From assembly GCF_009914755.1 (NCBI RefSeq), contig NC_060927.1: a DNA stretch of 64,000 nucleotides. One strand, 5' to 3'. The position numbers and the translations under genes were made by a program. The stretch comes from the human T2T-CHM13v2.0 reference genome, Homo sapiens. Position 1 is the stretch's first letter. Each line of letters opens with the position of its first letter. The notes below the pieces were generated by a model. That model searched no databases, was not told the DNA's origin, and saw only the letters and a list, made by a program, of their open reading frames with translations. Positions 43,660 to 58,172 of this stretch are shown piece by piece.

Positions 43660-44935
43660 TCCGTATGCCTAAGTTCAAGAATTTCATATACATGGAATCA
43701 AACAGTATATAAACATTTGAGATCAGCTTTTTCACTCCATGTAATTCCCCTGAGATTTGCCCAAGTTGTTGCAGGTACTAATGCTTTGCTCCTTTTTATT
43801 GCTTAGAAGTATTCCATGGTATAGATGTGCCACGGTTTGTTTAACCATCCACCTCTTGAAGAATATTTAGGTTCTGGCTAGTTTTGGGCTGTTATAAATA
43901 AAACTGCTAAAAATCAATTGGCCATATGTGTATAGGTCTATTCCTGGGTTTTCTGTTCTGTTCCATTGGTCCAGGTGTCTATCCCTCTGCCAGTATTGCA
44001 CTGTCTTGGTTATTATAGCTATATAGTGAAACTGAACACTGGGCAGAGTGATTCCTCACACTTTATTTCTCTTTTTCAAAATTGTTTTAGCTACTCTAGG
44101 TCCTGTATCTTCCTATGTAAATTTAACAATAAGCTTCTCTACAATTGTTGTTTGCAATTGTTGTAAAGTGATTGTTAACATTAAGCTTGTCAATGTCTAC
44201 AAAAAAAAAAAACTTTTCTAGGATTTTGGTATAAATTGCAGTAAAATGAGGCATTTGACATCTTTATAATGTTGAGTCTGTTGTTGAGTCTTCTGACTCA
44301 TGAATATGGCACGTCTCTACATTTCTTTAGGTCTTCTTTGATTTCTTTAATCAGCATTTTGTAATTTTCAGGATATAGATCCTTACATATTTTGTTAGAT
44401 TTTGAGTACTTCATTTTCTTCGGAGCAATTGAAAATTGCATTGTGTGTATGCGTGTGTTTTTTAGAGACTTAATTTGTTATAAACAGTTTTAAATTCACA
44501 GCAAAATTGAAAGGAAGGTACAGAGATTCACCATACTACCCCTGCCCTGACACATGCATAACGGCTCCTATTATCAACATCCTCCACCAGAGTAGTACAT
44601 TTTTGACAATTGATGAATCTACACTGACACATCATAATCACCCAAAGTCCACAGTTTACATTGGTGTTCACTCTTGGTATTGAACATTTTTTGGGTTTGA
44701 ACAAATGTATAATGACATGTACTCTCTTCTGGCTTGTAGAGTTTCTGCTGAGAGATCAGTTGTTAGTCTGATGGGCTTCCCAAGTATTTGCTCTTATAAT
44801 ATCATTCAGAGTATTTTCAATGTTCTAAATTTCTCTTTGCTCTATGTATTCATTCTTTTGTTCCCTGCCAACATATTGTGTTTTAATTTTTTCTTTTTGT
44901 ATATTTGTTAGTATATTAAAATGCAATTGATTTTT
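43660..44935 (-). mobile_element. Old L1M fragments (host L1ME-type plus a nested L1 3'UTR at 44460-44865)
   Basis: ORF2/3'UTR phrases; the host resumes at 58741. Confidence 0.7.
44721..44781 (-). mobile_element. 61-bp internal L1PA ORF1 fragment
   Basis: 58/61 identical to the reverse complement of 36284-36344 in this window. Confidence 0.85.
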
Positions 44936-47149
44936 TTAAACTTCTGTTTTAAGTTTAGGGGTACATGTGCAGGATATGCAGGTTTGTTACACAGGTAAGG
45001 ATGTGTCATGGGGGTTTGTTGTACAGATTATTTCATCACCAAGATATGAAGCCTAATAATATTCATTCGTTATTTTTCCTGATCCTCTCCCTCCTTCCTC
45101 CATCCTTCCTACCCTCTGCCATCTGGTAGGCTCCCGTGTGTGTTGTTCACCTCTATGTATTCATGTGTTCTCATCATTTGGCTCCCACTTGTAAGTTAGA
45201 ATGTGTGGTATTTGGTTTTCTCTTCCTGAATTAGTTTGCTAAGGATAAGGGCCTCTAGCTCCATCCATTCCTTGCAAAGGACATGATCTCATTCCCTTTT
45301 ATAACTGCATAGTATTCCATGGTATACATGTACTAGATTTTCTTTATCCAGTCTATCATTAATGGGCATTTAGGTTGATTTCATGTCTTTGCTAGTGTGA
45401 CTAGTGCTACAATGAACATATGCATGCATGTGTCTTTATAATAGGGAAAGATTTATATTCCTCTGGGTATATACCCACTAATGGGATTGCTGGGTTGAAT
45501 GGTATTTCTGCCTCTAGGTCTTTGAGAAATCACCACACTGTCTTCCACAATGGCTGAGCTAATTTACACTCCCACCAACAGTATAAAAGCATTCCTTTTT
45601 CTCCACAGGCTCAGCAGCATCTGTTGTTTTTTGACTTTTTAATAATAGCCATTCTGACTGGTATGAGATGGTATCTCATTATGGTTTTGATTTGCATTTC
45701 TCTAATAATCAGTGATGTTGAACTTTTTTTCATATGTTTGTTGGCTGCATGTATGTCTTCTTTTGAGAAGTGTCTGTTCATGTCCTTTGCCCATTTTTAA
45801 TGGGGTTGTTCGTTCTTTTCTTGTAAATTTGTTTAAGTTCCTTATAGATGCTGTATATTGGACCTTTGTCAGATGCATAGATGGCAAAAGTTTTCTCCCA
45901 TTCTGTAGATTGTCTGTTTACTCTATTGATAGTTTCTTTTGCTATGCAGAAGCTCTTTAGTTTAATTAGATCCCATTTGTAAATTTTTGCTTTTGCTGTA
46001 ATTGCTTTTGGCATTTTTGTCATGAAATCCTTCCCTGTGCCTATATCCTGAATGGTATTGCGTAGGTTTTCTTCTAGGGCTTTTATAGTTTTGGGTTTTA
46101 TGTCAAAGACATTTAAGTTTAAAAGCATTTAGGTCTTTAATCTATCTTGAGTTGATTTTTGTATATGGTGTAAAGAAGGGTCCAGCCTCAATTTTCTGTA
46201 TATGGCTAGCCAGTTCTCCCACCATTTATTAAATAAGGAATCCTTTCCCCATTGCTTGTTTTTGTTAGGTTTGTCAAAGATCGGATGGTTGTAGGTGTGT
46301 GGTATTATTTCTGGGCTCTCTATTCTGTTCCATTGATCTATGTATCTGTTCTTGTACCAGTACTATGCTGTTTTGGTTACTGTAGCCCTTTAGTATAGTT
46401 TGAAGCTGGGTAGCATGGTGTCTCCAGCTTTGTTCCTTTTGCTTAGGATTGCCTTGCCTATTTGGGCTCTTTTTGGGTTCCATGTGAATTTTAAGATAGT
46501 TTTTTCGAATTCTGTGAAGAAAGTCAATGGTAGTTTAATGGGAATAGCATTGAATCTATAAATTGCTTTGGGCAGTATGGCCATTTTTATAATATTGATT
46601 CTTCCTATCTATGAGCATGAAATGTTTTTCCATTTGTGTCATCCCTGATTGCTTTGAGCAGTGGTTTGTAGTTTTCCTTGCAGAGATCCTTCACTTCCCC
46701 TGTTAGCTATATTCTTAGGTATTTTATTCTTTTTGTGGCAATTGTGAATGGAAGTTCATTCATGATTTGGCTCTGTGTTTTGCCTGTTGTTGATGTATAG
46801 GGATGCTAGCAATTTTTGCACATTGATTTTTATATCCTGAGACATTGCTGAAGTTGCTTATCGGCTTAAGGAGGTTTTGGGATGAGACAATGGGGTTTCT
46901 TAGCTACAGGATCATGTCATCTGCAAACAAAGATAATTTGACTTCCTTTCTTCCTATCTGAATACTCTTTATTTCCTTCTGTTGCCTGATTGCTCTGGCC
47001 AGAACTTCTCATACTATATTCAATAGGAGTGATGAGAGGGGGCATCTTTTTCTTGTGCTGCTTTTCAAGAGGAATGCTTCTAGCTTTTGCCCATTTGGTA
47101 TGATATTGGCTGTAGGTCTGTCATATATGGTATGTTCTTATCATTTTGA

Positions 47150-47450
<301 letters not shown>

Positions 47451-50400
47451 GTCTTTAGTTCTGTTTATGTGATGAATCACATTTATTGATTTGTGTATGT
47501 TGAACCAACCTTGCATCTCAGGGACGGAGCCTACTTGATCATGGTGGTTAAGTTTTTTGATGTACTGCTAGATTTGGCTTGCCAGTGTTTTGTTGAGGTA
47601 TTGTCAAGTGTATTGGCCTGAAGTTTTCTTTTTTTGTTGTATCTCTGCTAGGTTTTGGTGTCAGGACGATGCTGGCCTTATAGAATAAGTTAAGGAGGAG
47701 TCCTTCCTTTTCGATTTTTTGGAATAATTTCAGTAGGAATGGTACCAGCTCTTCTTTCTACATCTGGTATAATTCAGCTGTGAATACTTCTGGTCCTGGG
47801 CCTTTTTTGGTTGGTAGACTATTACTGCTTCAATTTCAGAACTCGTTATTGGTCTGTTCAGGGATTCAATTTCTTCCTGGTTTGGTCTTGGGAGGGTGTA
47901 CGTGTTCAGGAATTTATTCATTTATTCTAAGTTTTGTAGTTTGTGGGCATATAGGTGTTCTTAGTAGTCTCTTATGGTTATTTGTATTTCTGTGGGGTCA
48001 GTTGTAATATCTCCTTTATCATTTCTGATTGTGCTTATTTGAATCTTTTATCTTCTTTATTAGCCTAGGTAGTGGTCTATTTTATTAATTTTTTCAAAAA
48101 GCCAGCTACTTTATTTGTTGATCTTTTGAAGGTTTTTTTGTGTCTCTATCTCCTTCAGTTCAGCTCTGATCTTGGTTATTTCTTGTCTTCTGCTACATTT
48201 GGGGTTTGTTTTCTCTTGGTTCTCTAGTTCCTTTAGTTGTGATGTTAGGTTATTAACTTGAGATCTTTCTAGATTTTTGATGTGGGTATTTAGTGTTATA
48301 AATTTCCCTCTTAACAGTGCCTTAGCTGTGTCCCAGAGATTCTAGTATATTGTATCTTTGTTCTCATTAGTTTCAAATAACTTCTTGATTTCTGCTTTAA
48401 TTTTACTTTTTACCCAAGAGTCATTCAGGAGCAGGTTGTTCAATTTCCATGTACTTGCATGGTTTTGAGTAGATTTCTTAGTCTTGAGTTCTAATTTGAT
48501 TGCACTGTGGTACAGGAGATTCATTTGTTATTATTTCAGTTCTTTTGCATTTGCTGAGGAGTGTTTTACTTCCTGATTATTTGATCAATTTTAGAGTAAG
48601 TGCCATGTGGAGATGAGACAATAATATATTCTGTTGTTTTTTGGTGGAGGGTTCTGTAGATATTTATCACGTCCATTTGATCCATAGCTGAGTTCAGGTA
48701 CTGAATATCTTTTGTTAATTTTCTGTCTCAATGATCTGTCTAATATTGTCAGTGGGGTGTTAAAGTGTCCCACAGTTATTGTGTGGGAATCTAAGTCTCT
48801 TTCAAGGTCTCTAAGAACTTGCTTTATGAATCTGAGTGCTCCTGTGTTGGGTACATATCTATTTAGGACAGTTAGCTGTTTTTGTTGAATTGAACCCTTT
48901 ACCATTATGTAATACCCTTCTTTGTCTTTTTAAATCTTTGTTAGTTTAAAGTCAATTTGTCAAAAACTAGACTTCAGCCCTGGCTTTTTGTGTTTTCCAT
49001 TTGCTTGGTAAATTTTTCTCCATCCCTTTATTCTGAGCCTATGTATGTCTTTGCATGTGAGATGGGTCTCTTAAAGACAGCATACCAATTCCTTATCCAG
49101 TTCGCCACTCTGTGTCTTTTAATTGGGGCATTTAGCCCATTTACATTTAAGGTTAAAGATAATATTGTTAAATGTGAATTTGATCCTGTCATCATAATGC
49201 TAGCTGGTTATTTTGCAGACTGGTTTATGTGGTTGCTTCCTAGTGTCACCTGTCTGTGTATTTCAGTGTGTTTTTGCAGTGGCTGGTAACAATTTTTCCT
49301 TTCCATGTTTAGTGCTTCCTTCAGGAGCTCTTTTAAGGCAGGTCTGGTGGTAATGAATTCTCTCAGCATTTGCTTGTCTGAAAAGAATCTTATTTCTCTT
49401 TTGCTTATGAAGCTTAGTTTGGCCACATATGAAATTCTGGGTTGGAATTTCTTTTCTTTAAGAATGTTGAATATTGGCCTCCAATCTCTTCTGGCTTACA
49501 GGGTTTCCACTGAGAGGTTTGCTGTTAGTCTGATGGGCTTCCCTTTGTAGGTGATCTGGCATTTCTCTCTGGCTGCCCTTAACATTTTTTTTTTTTTTTT
49601 TTTTTTTTTCATTTTGACCTTGGAGAATTTTATGATTGTGTCTTGGGGATAATCTTCTTGTGGAGATGGAGTTCTCTGCGTTTCCTGAATTTGAATGTTG
49701 GCCTGTCTATCTAGGTTGGGGAAATTCCCCTGGATGATATCCTGAAATATGTTTCCCAAATTAGTTTCATTCTCTCTGTCTCTTTCAGGTATCTCAATCA
49801 ACCATAGATTCGGTCTCTTTTTACATAATCCCATATTTATTGGAGATTTTGTTCATTCCTTTTCACTCTTTTTTTCTCTATTCTTGCCTGGCTGTCTTAT
49901 TTCAGAAAGTCAGTCTTCAGGCTCTGAGATTCTTTCCTCTGCTTGGCCTAATCTGCTTTTAATACTTGTGATTGCATTGTGAAGTTCTTGTAGTATGTTT
50001 TTCAGCTCTACCAGGTTTGTTATGTTCCTCTCTATACTGGTTATCTTGGCTGTCAGCTCCTGTATTGTTTTACCATGATTTTTAGCTTCCTTACATGGGG
50101 TTACAACGTGCTTCTTTAGCTCAGTGAAGTTTGTTTTTATCCACATTCTGAAGCCTACTTCTGTCATTTCAGCAATGTCGTCCTCAGCCCAGTTCCAAAT
50201 CCTTGTTGGAGAAGTACTGTGGTCATTTGGAGGAAAGAGGGTCCTCTGGCTTTTTTAGTTTTCAGTGTTTTTGTCCTGATTCTTTCTCATCTTTGTGGGC
50301 TTATCTACCTTGGATCTTTGAAGTTGCTGACCTTTGGATAGAGTTTCTGTGGGGTTTTTTGTTTCTGTTTGTTTGTTCATTTTTCTTTTAACAGTCTGGC

Positions 50401-50589
50401 CACTTTTCCATAGGGCAGCTGTAATTTGTTCTGAATCTGCTCCGGACCCTAGTCACTCTGGATTTTCCAGCACCTAGAGGTATCACCAGTGAAGGCTGCA
50501 AAACAGCAAAAATGGCAGCCTGCCCCTTTCTCTGGGAGCTACATCCCAGGGGGGTATGGATCTGTAGGAGGTGGCTGCAGACCCCAGTT

Positions 50590-51600
50590 GGGAGGCCTTA
50601 CCCAGTCAGGAGGAACAGGATCAGGGAACTGCTTAAAGAAGTAGTCTGGCTGTGTTTTGGTAGAGCAGCTATACTTTGTTGGGGGAATCCCTTCAGTGTG
50701 CAATCAGTTTGGGCTCTCCAAGGCTGAGATGCCCAAACAGGAAAGGTGGTAGCCCTCAACCCCCTACCCCCAGCCCCTGCTGCTGAGCTCTCTGTCCCAG
50801 GAAGACAACAGAAAATTGTCAGCCATAGAACACTGGTAGGGGTGACCAGAGACCCTGGCTGGGAGGTCCTGCCCAGCAAGGAGGAATGGGTCAGGGTTCC
50901 ATTTAAAGAAGCAGTCTGGTCATGCCTTGGCAAAGCAGCCATACTGTGCTGGGGTGTTGCCTCCTCCCCAGTCTGTTTGGACTCTCCAAAGCTCACAGGC
51001 TGGAATACCCGAGTGACCCAAACAGCAAAGGTGGCAGCCTGCCCCTCCTAGTGGTCACTCTGTCCTAGGGAGAAATTTGAACTCTGTCAGCCATAGGATA
51101 TGAGTTGGGGTGGCTGAAGGTCCTGGATGGGAGGTCCTGCCCAGTGAGGAGGAATGGATCAGGGTCCCGCTTAAAGAAGCAGTCTGGCCACAATTTGGTA
51201 AACCAGCTGTGGTATGCTGGGAGATCCCTTTCTTGTCTGGTCAGTTTGTACTCTCCAAAGCCCACAGGTTGGAATGGCTGAGTCATCCAAACAACACAGG
51301 TGGTGGCCTGCCCCTCCCCGCAGGCACTCTGTCCCAGGGAGAAATCAGAACTCTTTAGAATATGGGTGAGGGTGGCTGGAGGCCCCGGATGGGAAGTCCA
51401 GCCCAGTGAGCAGGAGTGGATCAGGGTCCCACTTAAAGAAGGAGTCTGCCCACATTTTGGTAAAGCAGCTGTGTTGTGCTGGGCGAATCCCTTTCTTGTC
51501 TGGTTCATTTGGACCCTCCAAAGCCCACAGGCTGGAACGGCTGAGTCATCCAAACAAAAAAGGTGGCAGCCCATCCCTCCCCCAGGAGCTCTACCCTGTC
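50590..51600 (-). repeat. Four ~265-bp tandem units in the L1 5'UTR
   Basis: GGGAGGTCCTGCCCAG..GAGGA..TCAGGG..TTAAAGAAG..GTCTG recurs at ~50590, 50861, 51129 and 51390. Confidence 0.88.
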
Positions 51601-52224
51601 TCAAGTAGGTGCTACCCTGTTGCTGGTGGCTGGCTGGAATTCCAAGCCAGTTGATCTTATCCTGTGAGGTCCCTTGGAAGTGGGGCCCACAGACTGACGC
51701 TGCTCTGCTTCCTGGATTCAGCCCTCTTCCTAAGGGTATGTATGGACCTCTTGTCTTGCTTAAGTTGTAGTCATGTTTGCCAAAGATCCCAGAGTAGATT
51801 ATGTAAAGCTCCTGGGCCTCTGTGCATGCCTAAGCAGCTGCTCTGCTGTGACTCCACACAGCTCTGTGTGTCAGACCCAAGGCCCTGGTGGAGTGGGTTC
51901 ATGAGGGGGATCTCCTGATCTGAGGGTTGCAAAAATCTGTGGGAGAAGCATGGTTTCCCTGGGTCACACATTCACTCACGGCTTCTCTTGGCTGGGAGTG
52001 GGGGTTCCCTTGGGTCTGTGTTGCTCCTGGGTGGGCTGACATCCTGCCCTGCTTTTCTACATTCTCCGTGGGTTGAACAGTTTCTCTGATCAGTCCTAAT
52101 GTGAGCACCTGGATGTTTTAGTTGAAGGTGCTGAATTTACTCACCCCTTTTGTCCATCTCCGTGAGTGCCACACCCTGTAGCTGCTTCTAATCGGCCATC
52201 GTGGCCCCAACTTCCAATTTTAAA

Positions 52225-55200
52225 ATAAATATTTTAACTTTTATTTTAGGTGCAGGGATACATGTGTAGGTTTGTTATATAGGTAAACTTGTGACTTGGG
52301 GGTTTGGTGTACAGATTATTTTGTCACCCGGGTACTAAGGATAGTACCTGATAGTTTGATTTTTTTTCTGAACCTCTCCCTTCTCCCACCTTCCTCCCAT
52401 GAATAGGCTCCAGTGTCTGTTGTTCCTCTCTTTCTGTCCATGTGTTCTCATTATTTAGCTCCCGCTTCTAAGTGAGAACATGTGGTATTTGGTTTTCTGC
52501 GCCTGCATTAGTTTGCTGAGGATAAGGGCCTCCAGTTCCATCCATGTTCCTACAAAGGACATAATCTTGTTCTTTTTTATAGCTGTGTAATATTCCATGG
52601 TGTATATGTACCACATTTTCTTTATCCAGTTTACCATTGATTGGCATTTAGGTTTATTCCATGTCTTTGCTATTGTGAACAGTGCTGCAATGAACATACA
52701 AATGCATGTGTCTTTCTGGTAGAACTCTTTATATTCCTTTGGGTATATAAACAACCCTAGCAGTACCCAGTAGTGGAAGTGCTAGGTTGAATGGTAGTTC
52801 TGTCTTCAGTTCTTTGAGGAATTGCCACACTGTCTTCCACAATGGTTGAACTAATTTACACTCCCACAGCAGTGTATAAAGGTTCCTTTTTCTCCACAAC
52901 CTCTCCGGCATCTGTTATTATTTGACCTTTTAAAATAGCCATTCTGACTGGTGTGAGATGGTATCTCATTGTGGATTTGATTTGCATTTCTCTAATTATC
53001 AGTGATATTGAGCATCTTTTCACATGCTTTTTGGCCACATATATGTCTTCTTTTGAAAAGTATCTGTTCATATCCTTTGCCCACTTCTTAATCGGGTTGT
53101 TTTTTGCTTGTACATTTGTTTAAGTTCCTTGTAGATTCTGGATATTAGACCTTTGTCAGATGTATAATTTGCAAATATTTTCTCTCATTCTGTAGGTTTC
53201 CTATTTACTCTATTGATAGTTTCTTTTGCTGTGCAGAAACTCTTTAGTTTAATGAGGTCCCATTTGTAAATTTTTGCTTTTGTTGCAATTGCTTTTGGCA
53301 TTTTCATTATGAAATCTTTGCCAGATTCTGTATCCAAAATGATATATTCTTGGTTTATTCCAGGGTTTTTATAGTTTTAGGTTTTACATTTAGGTCTTTA
53401 ATCCATCTTGAGTTGATTTTTGTATATGGTATAAGGAAGGGGACCAGTTCCAATCTTTTGTATATTGCTAGCCAGTTATCCCTGCCCCATTTATTGAATA
53501 GGGAGTCTTTTCCCCATCGCTTATTTTTGTCAGCTTTGTCAAAGATCAGATAGTTGTAGGTGTATGGCTCTATTTCTGGGCTGCCTATTCTGTTCCATTG
53601 GTCTATGTGTCTGTTTTTGTACCAGTACCATACTGTTTTGGTTACTGTAGCCTTGTAGTATGGTTTGAAGTTGGGTAATGTGATTCCTCCAGCTTTGTTC
53701 TTTTTGCTTAGGATTGCTTTGGTTATTTGGGCTCTTTTTCAGGTTTTATATAAATTTTAGAATAGTTTTTTCTGTTCTGTGAGGAATGTCATTGGTAGTT
53801 TGATAGGAATGGCATTGAATCTATAAATTGCTTTGGGCAGCATGGCCATTTTAACAATATTGATTCTTCCTACCCATGAGCATGGAATGTTCTTCCATTT
53901 GTTTGTGTCATCTTTGACTTCTTTGAACGTGTTTTGTAATTCTCATTGTAGAGATCTTTCACCTTCTTGGTTAGCTGTATTCCTAAGTATTTTATTCTTT
54001 TTGTGGCAGTCGTGAATGGGATCATGTTCCTGATTTGGCTCTTGGTTTGGGTGCTCTTAGAGTATAGGAATGCTACTGATTTTTGTACATTGATTTGTAT
54101 CCCCAAACTTTGCTAAAGTTGCTTATCAGCTCAAGGAGCTTTTGGGTGGAGATTCTGGGGTTTTGTAGATATAGAATCATGTCATCTGCAAACAGGGATG
54201 GTTTGACTTCCTCTCTTCCTATTTGGATGCCTTTTGTTTCTCTTGCCTGATTGCTTTGGCCAGAACTTCCAATTCTATGTTCAATAGGAGTGGTAAGAGT
54301 GGGCATCATTTTCTTCTGCTGGTTTTCAAGGGGAATGCCTTCAGCTTTTGCCCATTTAGTATAATGTTGGCTACGGGTTTGTCATAGATAGCTCTTATTA
54401 TTTTGAGGTATGTTCCTTTAAGGCTTAGTTTATTGAGGGTTTTTAACATGAAGCAATGTTGAATTTTATTGAAAGCCTTTTCTGCATCGATTGCGATAAT
54501 CATGTGTTTTGGTCTTTGGTTTGGTTATGTGATGAATCACATTTATTGATGTGTACATGTTGAACCAACCATGAATCCCAGGGATAAAGCCTACTTTGAT
54601 CATTGTGGATTAGGTTTTTGATGTGCTGCTGGATTCTGTTTGCTAGTATTTTGTTGAGGATTTTTGAATCTATGGGTCATCAAGGATATTGGCCTAAAGT
54701 TTCCTTTTGTGTATGTGTGTCTATGTCAGGTTTTGGTATCAGGATGATGCTGGCCTCATAGAATGAGTTAGGGAGGAATCCCTCCTTTTCAAATTTTTGG
54801 AATAATTTCAGTAGAAATAGTACCAGCTCTTCTTTGTGCATCTGGTAGAATTCAGCTGTGAATCCTTCTGGTCCTTGGCTTTTTTTGTTGGTAGGCTATT
54901 TATTACTGATAATTTCCAAGCTCGTTATTTGTCTGTTCAGGGACTTATTCTTGACTCACTGTTGGGAGGATGCATGTGTCCAGGAATTTATCTATTTATT
55001 TTAGATTTTCTAGTTTGTGTACATAAAGGTGTTCATAGTAGTCTCTTACGGTTATTTGTATTTCTGCAAGGTCAGTGATAACATCCTCTTTGTCATTTCT
55101 GATTGTGTTTATTTGAATCTTCTCTCTTTTCTTCTTTATTAATCTAGCTAGTGGTCTATCTTATTAATTTTTTCAAGAACAAATTCCTGGATTTGTTAAT

Positions 55201-58150
55201 CTTTTGTATGCTTTTTCATGTCTCTATCTCTTTCAGTTTGCCTCTGATTTTGGTTATTTCTTGTCTTCTGCTAGTTTGGGGTTTGTTTGCTCTTGGTTCT
55301 CTAGTTCTTCTAGTTGTGATGTTAGGTTGTTATTTGAGATCTTTCTAGATTTTTGATGTGGGCATTTAGTGCTACAAAATTCCCTCTTAACAATGCCTTA
55401 GCTGTGTCCCAGAGATTCTCGTGTGTTGTGTCTTTGTTTTCATTAGTTTAAAATAACCTCTTGATTTCTGCCTGAATTTTATTACTTACCCAAGAGTCAT
55501 TCAGGAGCAAGTTGTTCAGTTTCCATGTAATTGTATGGTTTTGAGCAATTTTCTTGGCCTCAATTTCTACTTTTATTGTGCTGTGGTTCGAGAGTATAGT
55601 TAGTATGATTTAAATTTTTTTTGAGTTTGCTGAGGATTGTTTTATGTCCAACTGAATGGTCAATTTTAGAGTACGTACCATGTGGCAATGAAAAGAATGC
55701 ATACTCTATTGCCTTTGGTGGAGAGTTTTGTATATGTCTATTAGGTCCATTTGTTCAAGCATTAAGTTCAGGTCTGGAATCTCTTTGTGAATTTTTTGGT
55801 TTGATAATCTGTCTAATACTGTCAGTGGGGTTTGAAGTGTCCCATTTTATTGTGTATAAATCTCAGTCTCTTTGTAAGTCTCTAAGAAATTGCTTTATGA
55901 ATCTGGGCACACCTGTGTTGGGTGCTTACAGAGTTAGGATAGTTAGATCTTCTTGTTTAATTGAACCCTTTACCATTATGTAATGCCCTTCTTTGTCTTT
56001 GTTTTGTTTTGAGATGGATCTCACTCTGTCACCCAGGCTGGAGTGCGGTGGCGTGATCTCGGCTCACTGCAAGCTCTGCCTCCCAGGTTCCTGCCATTCT
56101 CCTTCCTCAGCCTCCTGAGTATCTGGGACTACAGGGGCCCGCCACCACACTCAGCTAATTTTTCTGTATTTTTAGTAGAGACAGGGTTTCACTGTGTTAG
56201 CCAGGGTGGTCTCGAGCTCCTGACCTTGTGATCTGCCCACCTTGGCCTCCCAAAGTGCTGGGATTACAGGTGTGAGCCACCGCGCCAGGCCCCTTCTTTG
56301 TCTTTTTTGTTCTTTGTTGGTTTAAAGTCTGCTTTGTCTGAAATTAGAATTGCAACCCCTGCTTTTTTGTGTTTTCCATTTGCTTGGTAGGTTTTTCTCC
56401 ATCCTTTTATTTTGAGACTATGGGTGTCATTGCACAAGAGTTGGGTCTCTTGAAGACAGCATACTATTGGGTCTAGCTTCTTATCCAGGTTGCCACTCTG
56501 TGCCTTTTAACTGGGGCATTTAGCCCATTAACATTCAAGGTAAATCATTGATACGTGTGGTTTGATCCTGTTATCATGTTGTTAGCTGGTTACTATGCAG
56601 ACTTCTTTGTGTGGTTGCTTTACAGTCACTGGTCCATGTACTTAAGTATTTTTGCAGTGGCTGGTAATGGTCTTTTCTTTCCATATTTAGTGCTTCTTTC
56701 AGGATCTCTGGTAAGGCTGGTATGCTGGTAACAAATTCCTTTAGCATTTGTTTGTGTGAAAGGAGTCTTATTTCTTCTTTGCTTATGAAACTATTTTGGC
56801 CAGATGTGAAAAAATCTTGGTTATAATTTCTTTGCTTTAAGAATGTTGAATATAGGCACCCAATCTTTTCTGGCTTATAGGGTTCCTGCTGAGAGTTCTG
56901 CTGTTAGTCTGATGGGCTTCTATTTGTAGGTGGCCTGTCCTTTTTCTTTAGCTGCCTTTAACATTTTTTCTTTCATTTCAATCTTGGAGAATCTGATGAT
57001 TATGTGTCTTGGGGATGATCCAATTGTGAAGTAACTTGCAGGGATTCTCTGCATTTCCTGAATTTGAATGTTGGCCTTACCAGCTAGGTTGGGGAAATCT
57101 TCATGGATGATATTCTGAAATGTTTTCTAAGTTGCTTCCTTTCTCCCCATTTCTTTCAGGAATGCCAGTGAAGCATAGATTTAGTCTCTATGTAATTCCG
57201 TATTTCTTGAAGGTTTTCTTTATTCCTTTTCATTCTTTTTTCTTTATTCTTGTCTGACTGTCACATTTCAGAAAGCCAGTCTTTAAACTTTGAGATTCTT
57301 TCCTTAGCTTGGTCTATTCTGCTTTTAATACTAGTGATTGCATTATGAAATTCTTGTAGTGTGTTTTTCGTCTCTATCAAGTTGACTGTATTCTTTTCTA
57401 TACTGGCTATTTTGTCTGTCAGCTTTTGTATCATTTTATCGTGACTCTTCATTTCCTTGGATTGGGTTTCAATATTCTCCTGAATCTCGATGATCTTGGT
57501 TCCTACCCATATTCTGAATTTGATTTCTGTCATTTCTGCCATCTCAGCCTGCTTAAGAACCCTTTCCAGAGAACTATTGCAGTCGTTTGGAAGAAAGAAG
57601 GCACTCTGGCTTTTTGAGTTGCCAGAGTTGTTGCACTGGTTCTTTCTAATTTATGTGGGCTGATGTTCCTTCAGTCTTTGAAATTGCTGTACTTTGGATG
57701 AACTGGTTTGCTTTTTTCTTCTTTGATGCCCTGGGGGGTTTGATTATGGTATAAAGTGTGTTTTGTTGACTGGCTTCAATTCTAGTCTGCTTCTGGGTCT
57801 TGGAGGAGTCCCCTCCAATTCCTACCTCTGTGTCTGCATTTCTTTGTTGGGTATTCTGGTCCACAGGGTTTCCTCAGGTTGAGGATGAAGTTGACCAACA
57901 AGACATTGTTGGCCCTAATCGGCTGTCATGTGCTTCTTGGGGAAACACAAGTTTGAATCTTCCTGGAGAGTTCAGGTGGAAGTAGGACTGCTAGGTTGGA
58001 AACTCTAGCAGGTGTGGCCTATCTGGCTATGCAGGTGGGGGAGTTGCCAGTCCTGCTATCCAGATGTTTTCAGAACAACAGGAGGCTGCACACCTTGGTA
58101 AATTCAGGCAGATGTAGGACCACTGAGCTGGAAGCAGTCAAGCTAGAGTC
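52225..58150 (-). mobile_element. Near-full-length old L1PA (L1PA15/16-like), 5'UTR truncated and fused to non-L1 sequence
   Basis: 3' end TTTTAACTTTTATTTTAGGTGCAGGGATACATGTG; ORF2 remnants (FADDMI); ORF1 remnant 57261-57542; partial 5'UTR 57700-58150. Confidence 0.9.
56001..56291 (-). mobile_element. AluY-type element with 14-bp TSD
   Basis: CCTTCTTTGTCTTT at 55987-56000 and 56292-56305. Confidence 0.93.
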
Positions 58151-58172
58151 TTGGGCTCTACTTTTTTATTTT

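Noticed and set aside
50590-51600. CRISPR-like repeat-spacer array
   Set aside because: Whole ~265-bp units are homologous, with no unique spacers; eukaryotic L1 5'UTR context.
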